Shown here: positions 63,101-64,000 of the stretch, piece by piece | How positions within the stretch are numbered: position 1 is the first letter of the stretch | Layout of the letters: each line of letters starts with the position of its first letter | Assembly: GCA_028534125.1 (NCBI GenBank) | Contig: CM052816.1 | Span: forward strand, 12,464,001-12,528,000 | Length of the DNA stretch: 64,000 bases | Reading direction: 5' to 3' | Origin: Lama glama | Lineage: Eukaryota | The notes under the pieces: model-generated | Told to the model about the DNA's origin: nothing | Database searches by the model: none | The model's input: the letters and a program-made list of their open reading frames with translations, nothing else | Position numbers and translations under genes: made by a program

Positions 63101-64000
63101 GTATTTTTTACTTGAATCTACATTGACTTATACATATATACAACATTCTCATTTCACTTCTGTGTCTGGAATTCCTTAGCTGTAAGTTCTTTTTTTTCTT
63201 TTTACAACTCTTCACTACACTTTTTTTTCCTATAGCTCTAACGGAGCTCCCCTGACTCAGCTCCCCACAGCCCCAGCCTCCGGGATAGAAGTGTTCCCTC
63301 CCCTGGAGAAGAAGAGGGAAAGCAAGAGAGGAGGGAAGACCACAGCCTTTGAAATTCATGAAAACATTCTCAGAAGCCCAAACTATGCACAGAAACCTTG
63401 CGAGATGCTGAGTGTTCAAGCTCTTTTTATATTTTTCAGGATGAACGTCCCCCAGGAGATTCTTGGTAATGTCATGTATGTATGTGAGAGGATACACCAC
63501 CCACCCACACCCGCCACACACACACACACGCCACACACTCCCCTAGGTGTAATGCAAGAAAGTGAGAACCACAAAGACTGTGCAGAAAGAGATGGGAAAG
63601 ACAGTTACCCAGTGAATCACATAAAGCCCTGGCACCGTGGAAAGAAAGATGTATCAGGTGAGGAGGGATGGAGGCTCATGTTCTTACTGTTCTCATTCCC
63701 ATGTCCCTACTCATTCCTGAGTCAGGGGACTTAGTGAACCTGAGATAACACTCTTAGTACAATAGCCTGTACAAGGCTTGTCGGCGGGATGTTCATTCAT
63801 TAGTGCTATGAAAGGGCTGGCTGACTTCTGGGTAATCTTCCTGGAGGCCTAAACCCAGGGGAGGCTTCTCCTCTCCCTTCCTCAACTTGCAGAATTGTAA
63901 ATGTGTGTGGCATGTTGGGTGAGTTTAGAAAAGAAAGGTTTAAACCAAGGGTTATAAATCGATGGACTGTGGATTAACTCTGGTTCCAGCGCAGTAAAAG

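Noticed and set aside
1..64000. CRISPR array, operon or other novel multi-gene system
   Set aside because: Eukaryotic repeat-rich non-coding DNA; no regularly spaced repeat-spacer array or gene cluster seen

Overview
Mammalian non-coding DNA, very probably camelid (alpaca/camel). It carries two Vic-1-type tRNA-derived SINEs and several young L1 3' ends, alongside pan-eutherian repeats (L1MA/MB/MC/ME-type LINEs, a HAL1-like element, L2, L3, MIR, MLT1/MLT2 LTRs, MER5/20/3/33/58 and Tigger3 DNA transposons). I recognise no protein-coding exon, RNA gene or CRISPR array. The ORF track is explained by chance ORFs, repeat remnants and two 500-N gaps. The window reads as a large intron or intergenic region; L1 orientation weakly suggests a minus-strand host transcript. 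The best-supported unusual observations are (i) a 90-bp segment copied from 1.67 kb away into an L1 ORF2, (ii) a ~10-kb multi-layer transposon nest, (iii) small template-switch hairpins, (iv) a probably false assembly gap flanked by an exact 140-bp duplication, and (v) a palindromic CTCF-like motif and an inverted SINE pair. I found no support for a genuinely new biological system. Repeat subfamily names come from remembered consensus sequences and need RepeatMasker/Dfam confirmation; boundaries of old repeats are approximate.
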